A program made the position numbers and the translations under genes. A model generated the notes under the pieces. It ran no database searches, was not told the origin of the DNA, and was given only the letters and a program-made list of their open reading frames with translations. A stretch of 63,245 bases of DNA, counting the filler, from Pseudomonadota bacterium (GTDB lineage: Bacteria; Bdellovibrionota_F; JAHFAK01; JBDREC01), in assembly GCA_043820105.1 (NCBI GenBank). It is 4 parts of 4 records of this genome, joined end to end, with 100 filler letters (N's around TTAATTAATTAA, not from the genome) between each part and the next. Parts side by side here need not be neighbours in the genome. Positions count along the whole stretch, not along the records: positions 29,530 to 58,426 come from JBDREC010000095.1; 3 more parts are not named here. The stretch is one strand, 5' to 3'. Positions 29,530-41,936 of this stretch are shown one piece after another (position 1 is the first letter of the stretch; the number at the start of each line of letters is the position of its first letter).

Positions 29530-29718
29530 GAAATCCTGAATGATGATATTAAAAAGCACTATGAGGCACAACTAGATTACATCTCAGATCTTTTATCACA
29601 TGAAAATCCAAGCATTCTTTTTAATAAAGATAATATTGAAGATACTTATTTGAAGACTAACTCCTTCCAAGAGGGAAACAATCAATTCAAAAAACAAATA
29701 AGGAACCAAATTAATTAA
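29530..29718 (+). CDS. 3' end of a hypothetical gene cut by the contig edge
   Basis: Open frame EILNDDIKKHY...QIRNQIN* from contig start. Confidence 0.45.
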   Translation, partial: EILNDDIKKHYEAQLDYISDLLSHENPSILFNKDNIEDTYLKTNSFQEGNNQFKKQIRNQIN

Positions 29719-29726
29719 ACATCCAT

Positions 29727-29945
29727 TTAAAGCTTGATCAAAACCTCTAAAAGCTTAACCATAGCCAAAGTCTCCAGCCCACAGTATATAAGCAGATCCT
29801 TATATATTTTTTCTTTTGCTTCCTGTGGCAAATCTTCTTTTAATGTTTTAAAATACTCGCGCATGGCTTTACCACCCTCACCTATATCAAGACCTGCATA
29901 TAACATATCAGGCACAAGGGCTGGTAATACCTTTTTAATGGAAGC
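29727..29945 (-). pseudogene. C-terminal remnant of DUF2779-type nuclease-fold protein
   Basis: SIKKVLPALVPDMLY..LDIGEGGKAM...LLIYCGLETLAMV; in-frame TGA upstream. Confidence 0.6.
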
Positions 29946-29979
29946 TCAACATTTCAGGATAATAAACATGCTTTTTCCT

Positions 29980-30086
29980 CTTGTAGCTGGTAGCTGGTAG
30001 CTGGTAGTTAATATTAAAAAAACGAAACGCTTGTAGAAATATCTTTAAAAAGTCCTAATCTTCCTTACAAGCTACTAGCAACAAGC
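29980..30086. repeat. 7-bp repeat GCTKGTA arrays in inverted orientation
   Basis: (gctggta)x3 at 29986-30006 and tacaagc tactagc aacaagc at 30066-30086. Confidence 0.7.
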
Positions 30087-30090
30087 TCAA

Positions 30091-31584
30091 TTAAACTCCT
30101 TCACCGACTTCCTTGTCGCTAAAAGTTTTTCCATCCCATTTAATGAGATATTTTTTATTTTCAACCTTTGTTGCTAAATTAACCGGTCTTTTCCAAATAG
30201 CGGCAATATTTTTCATTGTATCTTGAGCATATTTAAAATCAAGATCCACTCCTTCATGCCTGTGTTTTAATAATAGTTCGCCTCTATTTGCAAAATTGGC
30301 ATCTTCAACCAAAATTATAGGTTGTCCAAAGTTTGTTAGACTAAATAAAAGTTGTTGTTTTACTTTTTCAAAATCTCTGCTAGTTATTTCATATCTGCTG
30401 GTTCTTTTGTTAAAAGCATAAACAAAGAATTTATTTTCCCGACAAAACTCATCCGTAAGAAATTCATCTAAAAAAGTAATGTCATTGTATAATTTTCTAA
30501 CTTCGAATATTTTTTCAATTCCTAAACCAAGCTTCTTATCCCATTTCTTTCTTTGAGCCATATCATCGCAATCATTATACTCTTTACCAAATTTACCTTT
30601 GTCCCATCTGTCTTTAATATCTCTGAAAAGCTCTAAACCAATTTTATAAGGATTTATTGATCCTGGGTTCATTGCAACGGTGCCAGAGTGATGATCAGCA
30701 TAATCAATAACCTCTGAATCATCTAGCACTTTTTCAGTCATAATCCTTGAATGCCAAAAAGTAGCCCAGCCCTCATTCATTATTTTTGTTTGACCCTGTG
30801 GTGCAAAATAATAGCTTTCTTCTCTAACAATTGAAAGAATATCTCTTTGCCAGGGTTCCAGAGGCGCATAGCTCATGAGAAAATTTAAAATATCTTTTTG
30901 TGATTCTTTTGGAAATTTTCCCTTTATCTTATCTTTTTCTACTAGCTCTTTTTTTTGTTTGTCTAAAAAATCATCTGGATTAACAAAGGTATCCATGTAA
31001 TCTTTTGTTTTTATTTTTTTAATTCTAGCATCTAAATCTAATGATGAATGAGGCTCTTCTTCTTCTTGAATTGAACCGCGTTTTATAAATGGCAGATGAT
31101 AATCAATAAGATTTTCAATGGACAAACATTTATCCATAAAATCCTCAACTGGCTCAATTCCAATACGATCGCTGTAGCGTCTTATTCTTGTGCCATGGTT
31201 TGCCATTTCATCAATCATTTTTCGATTTGTTTTAGAAAACCAATAATTATTCTTAAAGAAATCACAGTGTCCGTAAACATGCGCCATAACAAGCTTTTGA
31301 TCAACTTCTGTATTGCATTCTAAAAGATATGCATAACATGGATTATTGTTAATAACCATTTCATAAATTCGAGATAAACCATAGGCATAGCTTTTTGAAA
31401 GTGATTCATATTCCATGCCAAATTTCCAGTGAGGATATCGAGTTGGATAACCGCCATAGCTTGCAACTTGATTTATCATCTCATAGTTCATTACTTCAAA
31501 AATTGTGGGAAAGAAATCAAGACCAAAGTCCTTGGCGATCTCTCCAATTTCATAAGCTAATCTCTTTAACTTTGATAAATCCAA
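30091..31584 (-). CDS. spoVR: SpoVR family protein
   Basis: YPHWKFG, IYEMVIN, HVYGHCDFFKNN, TKIMNEGWA. Confidence 0.95.
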   Translation of the reverse strand: MDLSKLKRLAYEIGEIAKDFGLDFFPTIFEVMNYEMINQVASYGGYPTRYPHWKFGMEYESLSKSYAYGLSRIYEMVINNNPCYAYLLECNTEVDQKLVMAHVYGHCDFFKNNYWFSKTNRKMIDEMANHGTRIRRYSDRIGIEPVEDFMDKCLSIENLIDYHLPFIKRGSIQEEEEPHSSLDLDARIKKIKTKDYMDTFVNPDDFLDKQKKELVEKDKIKGKFPKESQKDILNFLMSYAPLEPWQRDILSIVREESYYFAPQGQTKIMNEGWATFWHSRIMTEKVLDDSEVIDYADHHSGTVAMNPGSINPYKIGLELFRDIKDRWDKGKFGKEYNDCDDMAQRKKWDKKLGLGIEKIFEVRKLYNDITFLDEFLTDEFCRENKFFVYAFNKRTSRYEITSRDFEKVKQQLLFSLTNFGQPIILVEDANFANRGELLLKHRHEGVDLDFKYAQDTMKNIAAIWKRPVNLATKVENKKYLIKWDGKTFSDKEVGEGV

Positions 31585-31585
31585 G

Positions 31586-32689
31586 CTACTTACCCTTTCC
31601 CAAGAATACTTTTATTGATTCAAATATTTTAGATTTGTCTTCTATTTTGCTCATTGCAACTTGCTCATTATCAACAAAATGTTTTTCAATATCATTGTAA
31701 AACTGACCGCTTCCATATTTACTTTCAACCTGGCCATAGCAAAATAAATTTGCAGCTGGAATAAGCTCTTCTTTTAATAAATTCATACAAACAGTGGTGT
31801 CATCACCTGACCAATTATCACCATCAGAGAAATGAAAAAGATAAATATTGTAATCCATGGGATTATATTCAGTTGTAATCAAGTGATGGCAAAGCTTATA
31901 AGCTGAAGAAATAATAGTGCCGCCAGATTCTTTAGTGTGAAAAAAGGTCTCTTCATCAACTTCTCTTGCTGTTGCATCGTGAATTATAAACTTTCTATCA
32001 ACACCCTTGTACTGTGATTTAATCCAGGTATCAATCCAGAATGCTTCAATTCTGACAATTTCTTTTTGTTCTTCACCCATTGATCCTGAAACATCCATCA
32101 TGTAAATAATGACAGCGTTGCTTTCTGGAACTTTATGCATTTTCCAGGAACGATACCTTGTGTCTTCTTTAACTGGAATGATTATTGGATTGCTTGGATT
32201 ATAAGCGCCACTTAAAATCTGTCTTTTTAAAGCTTCTTTGTAAGTTCGCTTGAAATGTCTTAATGATTCTGGACCTGATTTATGAATCCCTGTATATTTT
32301 GTTTTCAAAGTATGAATATTTTTCTTGCCCTTTTTATCAATACGAGGAAGCTCAAGTTCTTCGCCCATGATTTCAGCAAGCTCTTCTAAAGTAACATCCA
32401 TTTCTAAAACATGCTGTCCAGGCATATTTCCAGCTTTTCCTTCACCTTCTTGAGGTTCACCTCCAAGTGGTTGTCCAACTTGTCCCTCTCCTTGACCCAC
32501 ACCACCTTGCTGTTTTTTGCCATATTTAAACCTGGGTATGTCTATGTGAGGAATAGGAATGGAAATAAGTTTTTTTCCCTGCCTTCCAATGAGTTCACCT
32601 GTAGACATATACTTCTTAAGGTTTTCTTTTATTTTTCCTCTAACGATCTGTCTAAATCGCTGATGATCTGAATCAATTTTTAAAGGCAC
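31586..32689 (-). CDS. yeaH: YeaH/YhbH (DUF444) vWA-like protein
   Basis: [22 protein letters not shown]; between prkA and spoVR. Confidence 0.9.
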   Translation of the reverse strand: MPLKIDSDHQRFRQIVRGKIKENLKKYMSTGELIGRQGKKLISIPIPHIDIPRFKYGKKQQGGVGQGEGQVGQPLGGEPQEGEGKAGNMPGQHVLEMDVTLEELAEIMGEELELPRIDKKGKKNIHTLKTKYTGIHKSGPESLRHFKRTYKEALKRQILSGAYNPSNPIIIPVKEDTRYRSWKMHKVPESNAVIIYMMDVSGSMGEEQKEIVRIEAFWIDTWIKSQYKGVDRKFIIHDATAREVDEETFFHTKESGGTIISSAYKLCHHLITTEYNPMDYNIYLFHFSDGDNWSGDDTTVCMNLLKEELIPAANLFCYGQVESKYGSGQFYNDIEKHFVDNEQVAMSKIEDKSKIFESIKVFLGKGK

Positions 32690-32698
32690 CTTTTTCTC

Positions 32699-34789
32699 CT
32701 ATTGCTTCACATCACCACGTGCAAAAATAGATGCAACATAATTCAAAACATCAGTCGCGCAAATATCACAATATCCATAGTTTTTAATCATTCTACTTTT
32801 CACAATATCAATTTTTTCCTGAGTTTCTTTGTCCACAACAGATGAAACTAAAGTTGTAAGTTTAATCGAATCTTTTTGATCTTCAAAAAGTTTAAGTTCC
32901 AATGCCTTATGGAGTCTTTCATTTGTTTTATAATTAAACTTTCTCTCTTCCACGGCAAGGGCACCAATATAATTCATAATTTCTCTTCTAAAATCATCTT
33001 TTCTAGACTCAGGAATTTCAATTTTCTCTTCAATTGATCTCATTAATCTTTCATCTGGCTCTTCATCTTGACCAGTATATTTGTTTCTAACTTTTTCTTT
33101 TTGTGTATAAGCTTTTACATTATCAATATAGTTAGAACATAGTTTTGAAATTGCATCTTCATCAGCACAAATTGCCCTTTGAACTTCATTTTTTGTAACA
33201 TCTTCATACTCAGATCTAACAACATTAATCAGCTCAAGATATTTTTTTCTCAATTCTTCTGTTGCTATTAAAGAATGGTTTTTCAACCCGCCACCAAGCT
33301 CATTTAAAACCATAAATGGGTTTACGCAAGTGCCTGCTTTGTCACTAACAAGAGCATTAGAGATTTTATCTTGAATGTATCTTGGTGAGATACCTTCCAT
33401 ACCCTCTCTTTTTGCTGATTTCCTGAGTTCTTTAATTGTATCTTCAGTAAATCCAGTTAATGTCTTGCCATTATAGAGTTTCAATTTTTGGAGCATCGTA
33501 ATTTGAGCTTTTTTAGGCTCTTCAAGCCTTGTTAAAATCGCCCACATGGCAGCCATTTCAAGAGTATGAGGTGCAATATGTTTTCCTCTAACATGTTCTT
33601 CATTAAAATCTCTTTCATATATTCTGATTTCTTCAGCTAATCTTGTAATATAAGGAATATCTATTTTTATTGTTCTGTCTCGCAGGGCTTCCATGAATTC
33701 ATTGTTCTGAAGTTTTTTATATTCTGGCTCATTTGTATGCCCAATAATTACTTCATCTATATCTGTTTGAGCAAACTTTTTTGGTTTAACAACATGTTCT
33801 TGTGAAGCACCTAAAAGGTCATATAAAAAGGCCACATCAAGCTTTAAAACTTCAATAAATTCAATTAGACCTCTGTTGGCAATATTAAATTCACCATCAA
33901 AATTAAATGCCCTGGGATCTGACTCTCTTCCATAGATAGCAATTTTTCTATAATTTATATCGCCTGTTAATTCTGTTGAATCTTGATTTTTTTCATCTTT
34001 AGGTTGAAAAGTTCCAATTCCTACTCTGTCTTTTTCTGAAAGAAGTAATCTTCGAACTTTAATGTTCTTAATAAGCTGTGTCCAATCCCCTTTACATTTC
34101 TCCATTAAAAGCTTGTAAACCTGTCTGCAAGCAGGACACAGATCACCTTCAATAAATATTTTTTTTTCTTCTGGCTTATCAATATTAAGTTGGGCTAAAA
34201 CCTTTTTCCTCATATCAAGGGGAATTAAGTGCAAGGGTTCTTCATGCATAGGACATGGCATTTCATTTTCAGTAATTATCTTTTCATCCTTATACCCATC
34301 AATTAGTACCCAGGAGTAAGTATACAAGGCCCCGGCTTCGGTTCTTGAATAGGCTTGCAAGCCTTTTTTTAGCAACCTCACAATTGTACTTTTTGAACTT
34401 CCTACAGGTCCATGTAAAAGCATTACTCTTTTTTCAGTACCATACCTTTTTGCAGCTGACTTAAAAACATTAACAAGTCTCATTAGAGGAATATCTAGAC
34501 CATAGATAGAATCTCTACCATTTTCAAAGGGATCTTGAAAAAAAGGATATTTAAACAATTTCTTTTTAACATCAATATATTCTTCAACACCATAAGAAAT
34601 AATCATATTGTAAATTCGTTGAAAGGCTGTAGATGTAACTTCAGGTCGCTTTCTTACTATTTCTAAATAATCTTCAAAATCACCTTCCCAATGCAAGTTT
34701 TCATATTGTTTAGTGTCCTGCCCATCTTTTATAAGCTTAAATATATTGTCTTGCTTAGTAGTTTTTGCAGTTTTGCCTTTTTCAGCCAT
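32699..34789 (-). CDS. prkA: PrkA/YeaG AAA+ serine protein kinase
   Basis: [31 protein letters not shown]. Confidence 0.95.
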   Translation of the reverse strand: MAEKGKTAKTTKQDNIFKLIKDGQDTKQYENLHWEGDFEDYLEIVRKRPEVTSTAFQRIYNMIISYGVEEYIDVKKKLFKYPFFQDPFENGRDSIYGLDIPLMRLVNVFKSAAKRYGTEKRVMLLHGPVGSSKSTIVRLLKKGLQAYSRTEAGALYTYSWVLIDGYKDEKIITENEMPCPMHEEPLHLIPLDMRKKVLAQLNIDKPEEKKIFIEGDLCPACRQVYKLLMEKCKGDWTQLIKNIKVRRLLLSEKDRVGIGTFQPKDEKNQDSTELTGDINYRKIAIYGRESDPRAFNFDGEFNIANRGLIEFIEVLKLDVAFLYDLLGASQEHVVKPKKFAQTDIDEVIIGHTNEPEYKKLQNNEFMEALRDRTIKIDIPYITRLAEEIRIYERDFNEEHVRGKHIAPHTLEMAAMWAILTRLEEPKKAQITMLQKLKLYNGKTLTGFTEDTIKELRKSAKREGMEGISPRYIQDKISNALVSDKAGTCVNPFMVLNELGGGLKNHSLIATEELRKKYLELINVVRSEYEDVTKNEVQRAICADEDAISKLCSNYIDNVKAYTQKEKVRNKYTGQDEEPDERLMRSIEEKIEIPESRKDDFRREIMNYIGALAVEERKFNYKTNERLHKALELKLFEDQKDSIKLTTLVSSVVDKETQEKIDIVKSRMIKNYGYCDICATDVLNYVASIFARGDVKQ

Positions 34790-34909
34790 TTATAACTCCT
34801 TTAAAAGTATATTTGCATATTAAATTTTGCGAATATTCTAAAACCTCTACCTTGATAAGTCAAACAATCTATAAAGGCTTATGTAAGAATTTTTGACGTA
34901 TTTTATTTA

Positions 34910-37237
34910 TTATTCCTGGGCTCTACTATTTTGCCCAATTAAAACTTCTCTTTGGCGAACACCATCACTTGGTCCAACAATGCCTTCTGCTTCCATTTTT
35001 TCTATCATTCGAGCAGCTCTGTTATAACCAATTCTTAATCTTCTTTGAATCATTGAAATAGAAGCCTTTCCAGTTTCAGATACAAACTCTACGGCTTTTT
35101 TATAAATCTCAATATCCTCATCAAATTCATCAAAATTCATCTCAAAGCCTTCAGAAGAATATGCTTCTTCAACAAGCTTAACCTCTTTATATTCAGGAGC
35201 TTTTTGGTCTTTTAAAAAGTTGACAACATCTGCAATTTCTCTATCTGAAATATATGTACCATGATGTCGATCAAGCTTTGATGTTCCAGGAGGAAGATAA
35301 AGCATATCCCCTGACCCAAGTAAACTTTCAGAACCAATTGTATCAAGAATTGTCCTTGAATCATATTTTGAAGCCACTTGAAAAGAAATTCTAGCCGGAA
35401 AGTTTGCCTTAATAAGACCAGTAATAACATCTGTTGATGGTCTTTGTGTTGCAAGTATTAAATGAATACCAGAGGCTCTGGCCATTTGAGCAAGGCGAGT
35501 TATTAATTCTTCAATTTCCTTACCAGCTACCATAATAAGATCAGCGAGTTCATCTACAATAACTACAATAAATGGCATCTTCACAAGCTCATTATTTGGA
35601 GAGTTCTCAATTAAATACTGGAGACCAATGGACTCAAGCTCTTTTTCTCTTTCTTGCAGGGGTAATTTGTTAATTGCATCAATCTTCTTATTGCACCCAT
35701 TAATATTTCTAGCTCCTAGCTTAGACATAAGATTATATCGCTCTTCCATTTCCTTTGTAGCCCAGCGCAGAGCAGCAACAGCTTTTTTTGCATCTGTAAC
35801 AACAGGCAAAAGCATATGCGGTATTTTATTATAAATAGAAAGCTCTAACATTTTTGGATCAATCAAAATAAATCTCAAAGTTAAAGCTGTATGAGAATAT
35901 AATATTGATGTAATTACAGAATTAATAAATACAGATTTTCCTGAACCAGTAGCTCCAGCCACAAGCAAATGAGGCATTCTACAAAGATCATCATAAACAG
36001 GAGATCCTTCTGTGTCTTTTCCAATTACAAAGTTAATTTTTGAATCATCTGGTTCAAATTCAGTGTTTTTTATCAAATCACTAAAAAACACTGTTTCTCT
36101 TCTGTTATTAGGTATCTCTATTCCTACAACAGACTTACCAGGTATTGGAGCAATAATTCTGATAGATAAAGCTCTCATGGCCATTGCCAAATCATCACTT
36201 AAAGATACAATTTTATTAAGTTTTATTCCAGGCGCTGGTTCAAACTCATACATGGTAATAATTGGTCCTGGTTTAATTTCAGTAATTTTTCCTTCAACTC
36301 CAAAGTCAGCAAGCTTTTTTTCAACTAGTCTCGAGTTTTTAACTAAACTTTCATCATCCACTTTTATTGTGCCCGGAGGAGGAGTATCCAATAAAGACGC
36401 AGGTGGTAATTTATATCCATAATCACTGTCAATAAAAGGCAGTTTATTTTGAACTGGTTGTTTCTTTACCTCTTTTGCTTGAGCTTGTTTTCTGGTAACC
36501 TTTTTAACAACTTTTTCTTCATTATTACTAGGCAAGATTACTTCTTTTATTTCTGAAATAAAGTTTTTAGAAAGTATTTTGCGATCTTTATGTTTTCTTA
36601 TTAATAGGTTCTTTTTAATGATAATTGCTTGAAATGTTTTTAAAACAAATTCAAAAACTGAAAGCACTACGAAGGAAATGATTAAATAAAATGAAAACTG
36701 AAAAGTAAGCAATATTCCAATTGATAAAAACATGAACAAGAGTATTAGACTTCCTACATATCCAAAAAAAGCAAAAAATGCGGAAGTAATGCTTACACCA
36801 ATTATACCTCCAGACTCAATAACAGTTCCATAAAACTGCAGCTCAGGATATAGGGCTGAACACAAGGAAGAGATACTAAAGAGCAAAAAAATAAGCCCCA
36901 TGAAACGCATTCCAACAAAATTAATGGGTCTTTTAAAAAATAGCATTAGTCCAAAAACATAAATTAAAGCTATTAAAAAGTAAGCTGATAAGCCAACTGT
37001 TTGCATTAGAATATCAGCAAAATAAGCACCTAAAATACCAGTAAGGTTTGAGACATTATTATTAATTTCAAATTTATTAACCCAAATAGTACTAATAGAA
37101 GGATCGTGAGGATTATAGGTCACAAGTGAAAATGTACAAAAAATTGCTATACCTAAAAGCAAAAGGCTGACAATTTCTCTAAAAGAGCCAGTCAAGTGAA
37201 ACCTTGTTGTATTTAATTTTTTCATTGATTTAGTCAA
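34910..37237 (-). CDS. ftsK: DNA translocase FtsK
   Basis: N-terminal TMs, MPHLLVAGATGSGKS, ATQRPS, gamma domain IGYNRAAR. Confidence 0.95.
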   Translation of the reverse strand: MTKSMKKLNTTRFHLTGSFREIVSLLLLGIAIFCTFSLVTYNPHDPSISTIWVNKFEINNNVSNLTGILGAYFADILMQTVGLSAYFLIALIYVFGLMLFFKRPINFVGMRFMGLIFLLFSISSLCSALYPELQFYGTVIESGGIIGVSITSAFFAFFGYVGSLILLFMFLSIGILLTFQFSFYLIISFVVLSVFEFVLKTFQAIIIKKNLLIRKHKDRKILSKNFISEIKEVILPSNNEEKVVKKVTRKQAQAKEVKKQPVQNKLPFIDSDYGYKLPPASLLDTPPPGTIKVDDESLVKNSRLVEKKLADFGVEGKITEIKPGPIITMYEFEPAPGIKLNKIVSLSDDLAMAMRALSIRIIAPIPGKSVVGIEIPNNRRETVFFSDLIKNTEFEPDDSKINFVIGKDTEGSPVYDDLCRMPHLLVAGATGSGKSVFINSVITSILYSHTALTLRFILIDPKMLELSIYNKIPHMLLPVVTDAKKAVAALRWATKEMEERYNLMSKLGARNINGCNKKIDAINKLPLQEREKELESIGLQYLIENSPNNELVKMPFIVVIVDELADLIMVAGKEIEELITRLAQMARASGIHLILATQRPSTDVITGLIKANFPARISFQVASKYDSRTILDTIGSESLLGSGDMLYLPPGTSKLDRHHGTYISDREIADVVNFLKDQKAPEYKEVKLVEEAYSSEGFEMNFDEFDEDIEIYKKAVEFVSETGKASISMIQRRLRIGYNRAARMIEKMEAEGIVGPSDGVRQREVLIGQNSRAQE

Positions 37238-37431
37238 GTAGACTCCTTGAAAAATATAAAAATGTTGTAAAATTTGTATTCATAATCGCAAGCATTATAC
37301 ATATTTTTATTCATCCTGTCAAAAATATAAGGCATAGAATTGGCAATATCCCCTTATTTTTTCTATTTTATTGAAAATTTCAAATCCTTATTATAGTATT
37401 TAACCTCAAATTCCAAAAAAAAGGATACTAA

Positions 37432-37815
37432 ATGTTTCTCAAAAAAACCGCTCTAATAAGTTTCATATTTCTTATTTCTTTTTTCGTACTTTCTTCATGT
37501 GTTTCAAGATATGAAGACCTACAACTAGCACTGACAAAACATTACAGTACACTTCAATGGGGTGAGCCTGAATCAGCCTCTATCAATGTTGATCCAAAAA
37601 TAAAAGAAGAATTCATTTCGGAATGGGAAAAACGTTTTAAAGACAATAAGATAGCTGGATATGAATTAAAAAGAATTTCAATTGCTGAAGATGGAATCAG
37701 GGCAATTGTTAAAATTGAATTCATGTTATATTCTGAAAAAACCATGGTAGCAAAACATGAAACAGAAGTCCACCTTTGGGAAATGAAAAATAATATTTGG
37801 TATAGAGTGAAATAA
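37432..37815 (+). CDS. Hypothetical lipoprotein
   Basis: Lipobox LSSC. Confidence 0.7.
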   Translation: MFLKKTALISFIFLISFFVLSSCVSRYEDLQLALTKHYSTLQWGEPESASINVDPKIKEEFISEWEKRFKDNKIAGYELKRISIAEDGIRAIVKIEFMLYSEKTMVAKHETEVHLWEMKNNIWYRVK

Positions 37816-37978
37816 ATTTATTCAAGCCCTTGACTTATCCAATATAATGATTAACTTCCCTTTAACCAAGCAAATATTTTGGGAAATCTAACTTAAAACA
37901 GAGATAACAGCTTAATATTTAAAGTGATAATTCACATCACAGTAGCTTAAAGCCAATAGCTACATTATGGAGGTTAAA

Positions 37979-39910
37979 ATGAGTAAAATAATTGGTATTG
38001 ACCTTGGAACAACAAATTCAGTTGTTGCAATAATGGAAGGTGGCGATCCTAAGGTAATTACAAATGAAGAAGGCGGAAGAACTACCCCATCAGTTGTTGC
38101 AATAACAAAAGATGGTGAAAGATTAACTGGGCAGATTGCAAGAAGACAAGCAGTTACTAATCCTGAAAATACAATATATTCTATAAAAAGATTCATGGGA
38201 AGAAGATATTCAGAAGTTCCTGAAGAAATAAGCATTGTCCCTTACAAGGTAACACAAGGACCTAATAACGATGTAAGAGTTTCAATGAATAACAAAGAAT
38301 ATTCTCCTCCTGAGGTTTCTGCAATGATACTTCAAAAACTTAAAAAAGCTGCTGAAGATTATCTTGGTCAAACAGTTACAGAAGCTGTTATTACAGTTCC
38401 TGCTTATTTTAATGACAGCCAAAGACAAGCTACTAAAGACGCTGGAAAAATCGCTGGCCTTGAAGTTAAAAGAATTATTAATGAACCTACAGCAGCAGCC
38501 CTTGCCTATGGTCTGGATAAAAAGAAAGATGAAACCATTGCAGTATTTGACTTTGGTGGTGGTACTTTTGATATTTCTATTTTAGAAGTTGGTGACAATG
38601 TTGTTGAAGTTAAATCAACCAATGGTGATACCCATCTAGGTGGTGACAATTTAGACCAAACCATAATTAATTGGTTAATAAGCGAATTCAAAAAAGATCA
38701 AGGAATTGATGTTTCTTCTGATAAAATGGTTATTCAAAGATTAAAGGAAGCTGCTGAAAAAGCAAAAATTGAACTTTCTTCAACTATTGAAACAGATATT
38801 AATCTTCCATTTTTAACAGCTGATGCTTCTGGTCCTAAACATTTGAATATTAAATTAACAAGAGCTAAATTTGAACACCTTGTTGGCGATTTACTTGAAA
38901 GAACCCTGGAACCTTGTAAGCGAGCAGTCGCTGATGCTGGAATTTTAGCAAATAGCGTTGATGAAGTTGTTCTAGTTGGTGGATCAACCAGAATTCCAAA
39001 AGTCCAAGAACTAGTTAAAGGCTTTTTTGGAAAAGAACCTCATAAAGGTGTAAACCCTGATGAAGTTGTAGCCCTCGGTGCTGCAGTTCAAGGTGGCGTT
39101 TTAGCAGGGGACGTTAAAGATGTGCTCTTATTAGATGTTACCCCATTATCACTTGGAATTGAAACCCTTGGTTCAGTTATGACAAAACTTATTGAAAGAA
39201 ACACCACAATTCCAACCAAGAAAAGCCAAATCTTCTCAACAGCTGCTGACAATCAAACGGCTGTTGATATCCATGTTTTACAAGGTGAAAGAGAAATGGC
39301 AGCTAACAATAGAACTTTAGGCAAATTTCAGTTAACAGGCATTCCATCAGCACCTAGAGGAATTCCTCAAATTGAGGTTACTTTTGATATTGATGCAAAT
39401 GGAATTGTTCATGTAACAGCACAAGACAAAGCAACAAACAAAGTTCAAGATATAACCATCACATCTTCAAGTGGTTTATCAGAAAGTGAAATCAACAACA
39501 TGGTTAAGGATGCAGAAGTTCACGCAGAAGAAGATAAAAAGAAGAAAGAAGAAATTGAAATTAAAAACAATGCGGATAACCTGGTTTTCTCAACAGAAAA
39601 AATCCTCAAAGAAAACAAAGAAAAGCTTCCACCTGAAGAAGTAACAAAAGTTGAAGAAGCTTTAGCAAATTGTAAAAAAGCAGTTGAAAGTGGAAACATT
39701 GAAGAAATTAAAACTAAATCTGAAGCACTAACTCATGCATCTCATAAACTAGCTGAAATTATGTATCAAAAAGCTCAAACTCAAGGCGCTAATCCTAATG
39801 AACAACAAGCCAGTGAACCTGATGCTCAAAATCCAAACATGGGTTCTGATTTTACTGCTAAAAAGAAAGATGACAATGTTGTTGATGCTGAATTTGAGGA
39901 AACCAATTAA
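37979..39910 (+). CDS. dnaK: Chaperone DnaK
   Basis: [28 protein letters not shown] tail; GGAGG RBS. Confidence 0.99.
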   Translation: MSKIIGIDLGTTNSVVAIMEGGDPKVITNEEGGRTTPSVVAITKDGERLTGQIARRQAVTNPENTIYSIKRFMGRRYSEVPEEISIVPYKVTQGPNNDVRVSMNNKEYSPPEVSAMILQKLKKAAEDYLGQTVTEAVITVPAYFNDSQRQATKDAGKIAGLEVKRIINEPTAAALAYGLDKKKDETIAVFDFGGGTFDISILEVGDNVVEVKSTNGDTHLGGDNLDQTIINWLISEFKKDQGIDVSSDKMVIQRLKEAAEKAKIELSSTIETDINLPFLTADASGPKHLNIKLTRAKFEHLVGDLLERTLEPCKRAVADAGILANSVDEVVLVGGSTRIPKVQELVKGFFGKEPHKGVNPDEVVALGAAVQGGVLAGDVKDVLLLDVTPLSLGIETLGSVMTKLIERNTTIPTKKSQIFSTAADNQTAVDIHVLQGEREMAANNRTLGKFQLTGIPSAPRGIPQIEVTFDIDANGIVHVTAQDKATNKVQDITITSSSGLSESEINNMVKDAEVHAEEDKKKKEEIEIKNNADNLVFSTEKILKENKEKLPPEEVTKVEEALANCKKAVESGNIEEIKTKSEALTHASHKLAEIMYQKAQTQGANPNEQQASEPDAQNPNMGSDFTAKKKDDNVVDAEFEETN

Positions 39911-39913
39911 CAC

Positions 39914-41029
39914 ATGATAAAAAAAGATTATTACGAGGTTTTGGGTGTCGCCAAAAATGCGACACCCGACCAAATTAAAAAAGTTTACAGAAAACTTGCC
40001 CTACAACATCATCCCGATAGAAATCCAGGAAACAAAGAAGCTGAAGAAACATTTAAAGAAGCATCTGAAGCCTATGAAGTTCTCAAGGATCCAGAAAAAA
40101 GAACCATCTATGATAATTATGGTCATGCAGGCTTAAGCGGTTCAGGCTTTTCCGGATTTTCAGGTGTTGAAGACATCTTCTCAAGCTTTTCTGATATCTT
40201 TGAAGACTTTTTTGGATTTGGTGGATCTTCTTTCGGCTCCTCAAGAAGAAATAGAGCCTATAGAGGAGAAGATTTAAGAGTTGATGTGGAAATTGATTTT
40301 CATGAGGCCGCAAATGGTGTAAAAAAAGATGTTGAATTTAAACGATCAGAACCATGTTCAATGTGCAGAGGAACCGGTGCCAAAGCAGGAACAAGTCCTG
40401 AAACCTGTCCTCATTGTCACGGCAGAGGCCAGGTAGCACACAGACAGGGCTTTTTTACAATAAGCACAACATGTAATAATTGCAAAGGTGAAGGTAAAAT
40501 TATTAAAGAATTTTGTGTGAAATGTAGTGGTGCAGGTGAAAACATTCGCAGTAAAAAAATCAGTGTAAAAATTCCAGCAGGTGTGAATGATCAATCAAGG
40601 TTGAGACTTCTTGGTGAAGGCCAGCCAGGAAAAGGTGGTGGTCCAGGTGGAGATTTATACGTTTTTATAAACCTTAAACCTCATGCCTTTTTAAAAAGAG
40701 ATGAAGCAAATACCTTTTGTGAAATTCCAATATCAATTGTAGATGCATCCTTAGGCACTGAAATAATGGTGGAAACTTTAGAAGGTCAAAGAAATTTAAA
40801 AATACCAAAGGGATCTCAACCGGGCGATATCTTAAAAATTAGAAACGTTGGTTTTCCTGACATGAAAGGCTACGGTAAAGGTGACCAGTTCTGCAAATTG
40901 GAAGTCACTGTTCCAACTTCTCTGACCAAAAAGGCAATTCAGCATTTAAAAGATTTTGAAAAAGAAATGGGAGACAAATTAAAGCCAAAAGAAAAAAAAG
41001 AATCCTTTTTTGATAAAATAATGAATTAA
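39914..41029 (+). CDS. dnaJ: Chaperone DnaJ
   Basis: HPD J-domain, four CxxCxGxG repeats. Confidence 0.98.
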   Translation: MIKKDYYEVLGVAKNATPDQIKKVYRKLALQHHPDRNPGNKEAEETFKEASEAYEVLKDPEKRTIYDNYGHAGLSGSGFSGFSGVEDIFSSFSDIFEDFFGFGGSSFGSSRRNRAYRGEDLRVDVEIDFHEAANGVKKDVEFKRSEPCSMCRGTGAKAGTSPETCPHCHGRGQVAHRQGFFTISTTCNNCKGEGKIIKEFCVKCSGAGENIRSKKISVKIPAGVNDQSRLRLLGEGQPGKGGGPGGDLYVFINLKPHAFLKRDEANTFCEIPISIVDASLGTEIMVETLEGQRNLKIPKGSQPGDILKIRNVGFPDMKGYGKGDQFCKLEVTVPTSLTKKAIQHLKDFEKEMGDKLKPKEKKESFFDKIMN

Positions 41030-41051
41030 TAATTTCCTTTAAAGGAAAATC

Positions 41052-41867
41052 ATGGAAAAAATCATTTCAGATAAGCTTGAGCAGCTAATAATTAATCTAA
41101 AAAAACATAAAACAGTTTTAGTTGCCTTTTCTGGAGGAGTTGATTCTACTCTATTATTAAAAGTAGCGCTTGATACACTAGGAAGAGAAAACGTCATTGC
41201 AGTTACTATAGATTCCGATCTTCACGGCCAAAGAGAATCATCCCTTGCAAAGGACATCGCAAAAAACCTAAATGCAGTCCATGAAAAAGTTAAAATAAAT
41301 ATCCTGGAAAGTGAAGAAATATTAAATAATAATACAGATAGATGTTATGTTTGCAAAAAACAAATTTTTCTTAGACTAGTTGAAATGGCAAAACAGTGGG
41401 ATTTAAATAAAGTTGTAGAAGGGTCAAACTTTGATGACCTGTCTGACTTTAGACCTGGAATGAAGGCTCTTTCAGAATTAGGCATAGAATCACCTTTAAA
41501 AAATGCCAAGCTTTTAAAAGATGAAATAAGAAAAATATCTGCCTCCTTTGGTTTAGAAACAGCAAATAAACCATCAAGTCCTTGCCTGGCCACTAGAATT
41601 CCCTTTGGAAAAAAAATTACAAAAGAAAAACTTGTGCAAATTGAAAAAGCTGAAGATTTCTTGCATGAAATGGGAATCAGTCCCATAAGAGTAAGACATC
41701 ACAATCAAATAGCGAGAATCGAAGTGCATCCAAAAGATTTTGACTTAATTCTTAACAAGGAAAATTCTCAAAAAATTTTAAGCCATTTTAATCAAATTGG
41801 TTACAATTTTATTACACTTGATATTCAAGGTTACAAGCAAGGAAACATGAATAAAGGCATCAAATAA
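41052..41867 (+). CDS. larE: ATP-dependent sulfur transferase LarE
   Basis: AFSGGVDS PP-loop, RCYVCK, DDLSDFRPG, PCLATRIP, RVRHH. Confidence 0.9.
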   Translation: MEKIISDKLEQLIINLKKHKTVLVAFSGGVDSTLLLKVALDTLGRENVIAVTIDSDLHGQRESSLAKDIAKNLNAVHEKVKINILESEEILNNNTDRCYVCKKQIFLRLVEMAKQWDLNKVVEGSNFDDLSDFRPGMKALSELGIESPLKNAKLLKDEIRKISASFGLETANKPSSPCLATRIPFGKKITKEKLVQIEKAEDFLHEMGISPIRVRHHNQIARIEVHPKDFDLILNKENSQKILSHFNQIGYNFITLDIQGYKQGNMNKGIK

Positions 41868-41936
41868 TCATTTAATTTGACTATAAGTTATTATTTCGTA
41901 TATCTTACGTTTTTATTATAGATTTGTTTAGGCAAT

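Noticed and set aside
37815-37978. CIRCE or other heat-shock operator upstream of dnaK
   Set aside because: No TTAGCACTC-N9-GAGTGCTAA match found
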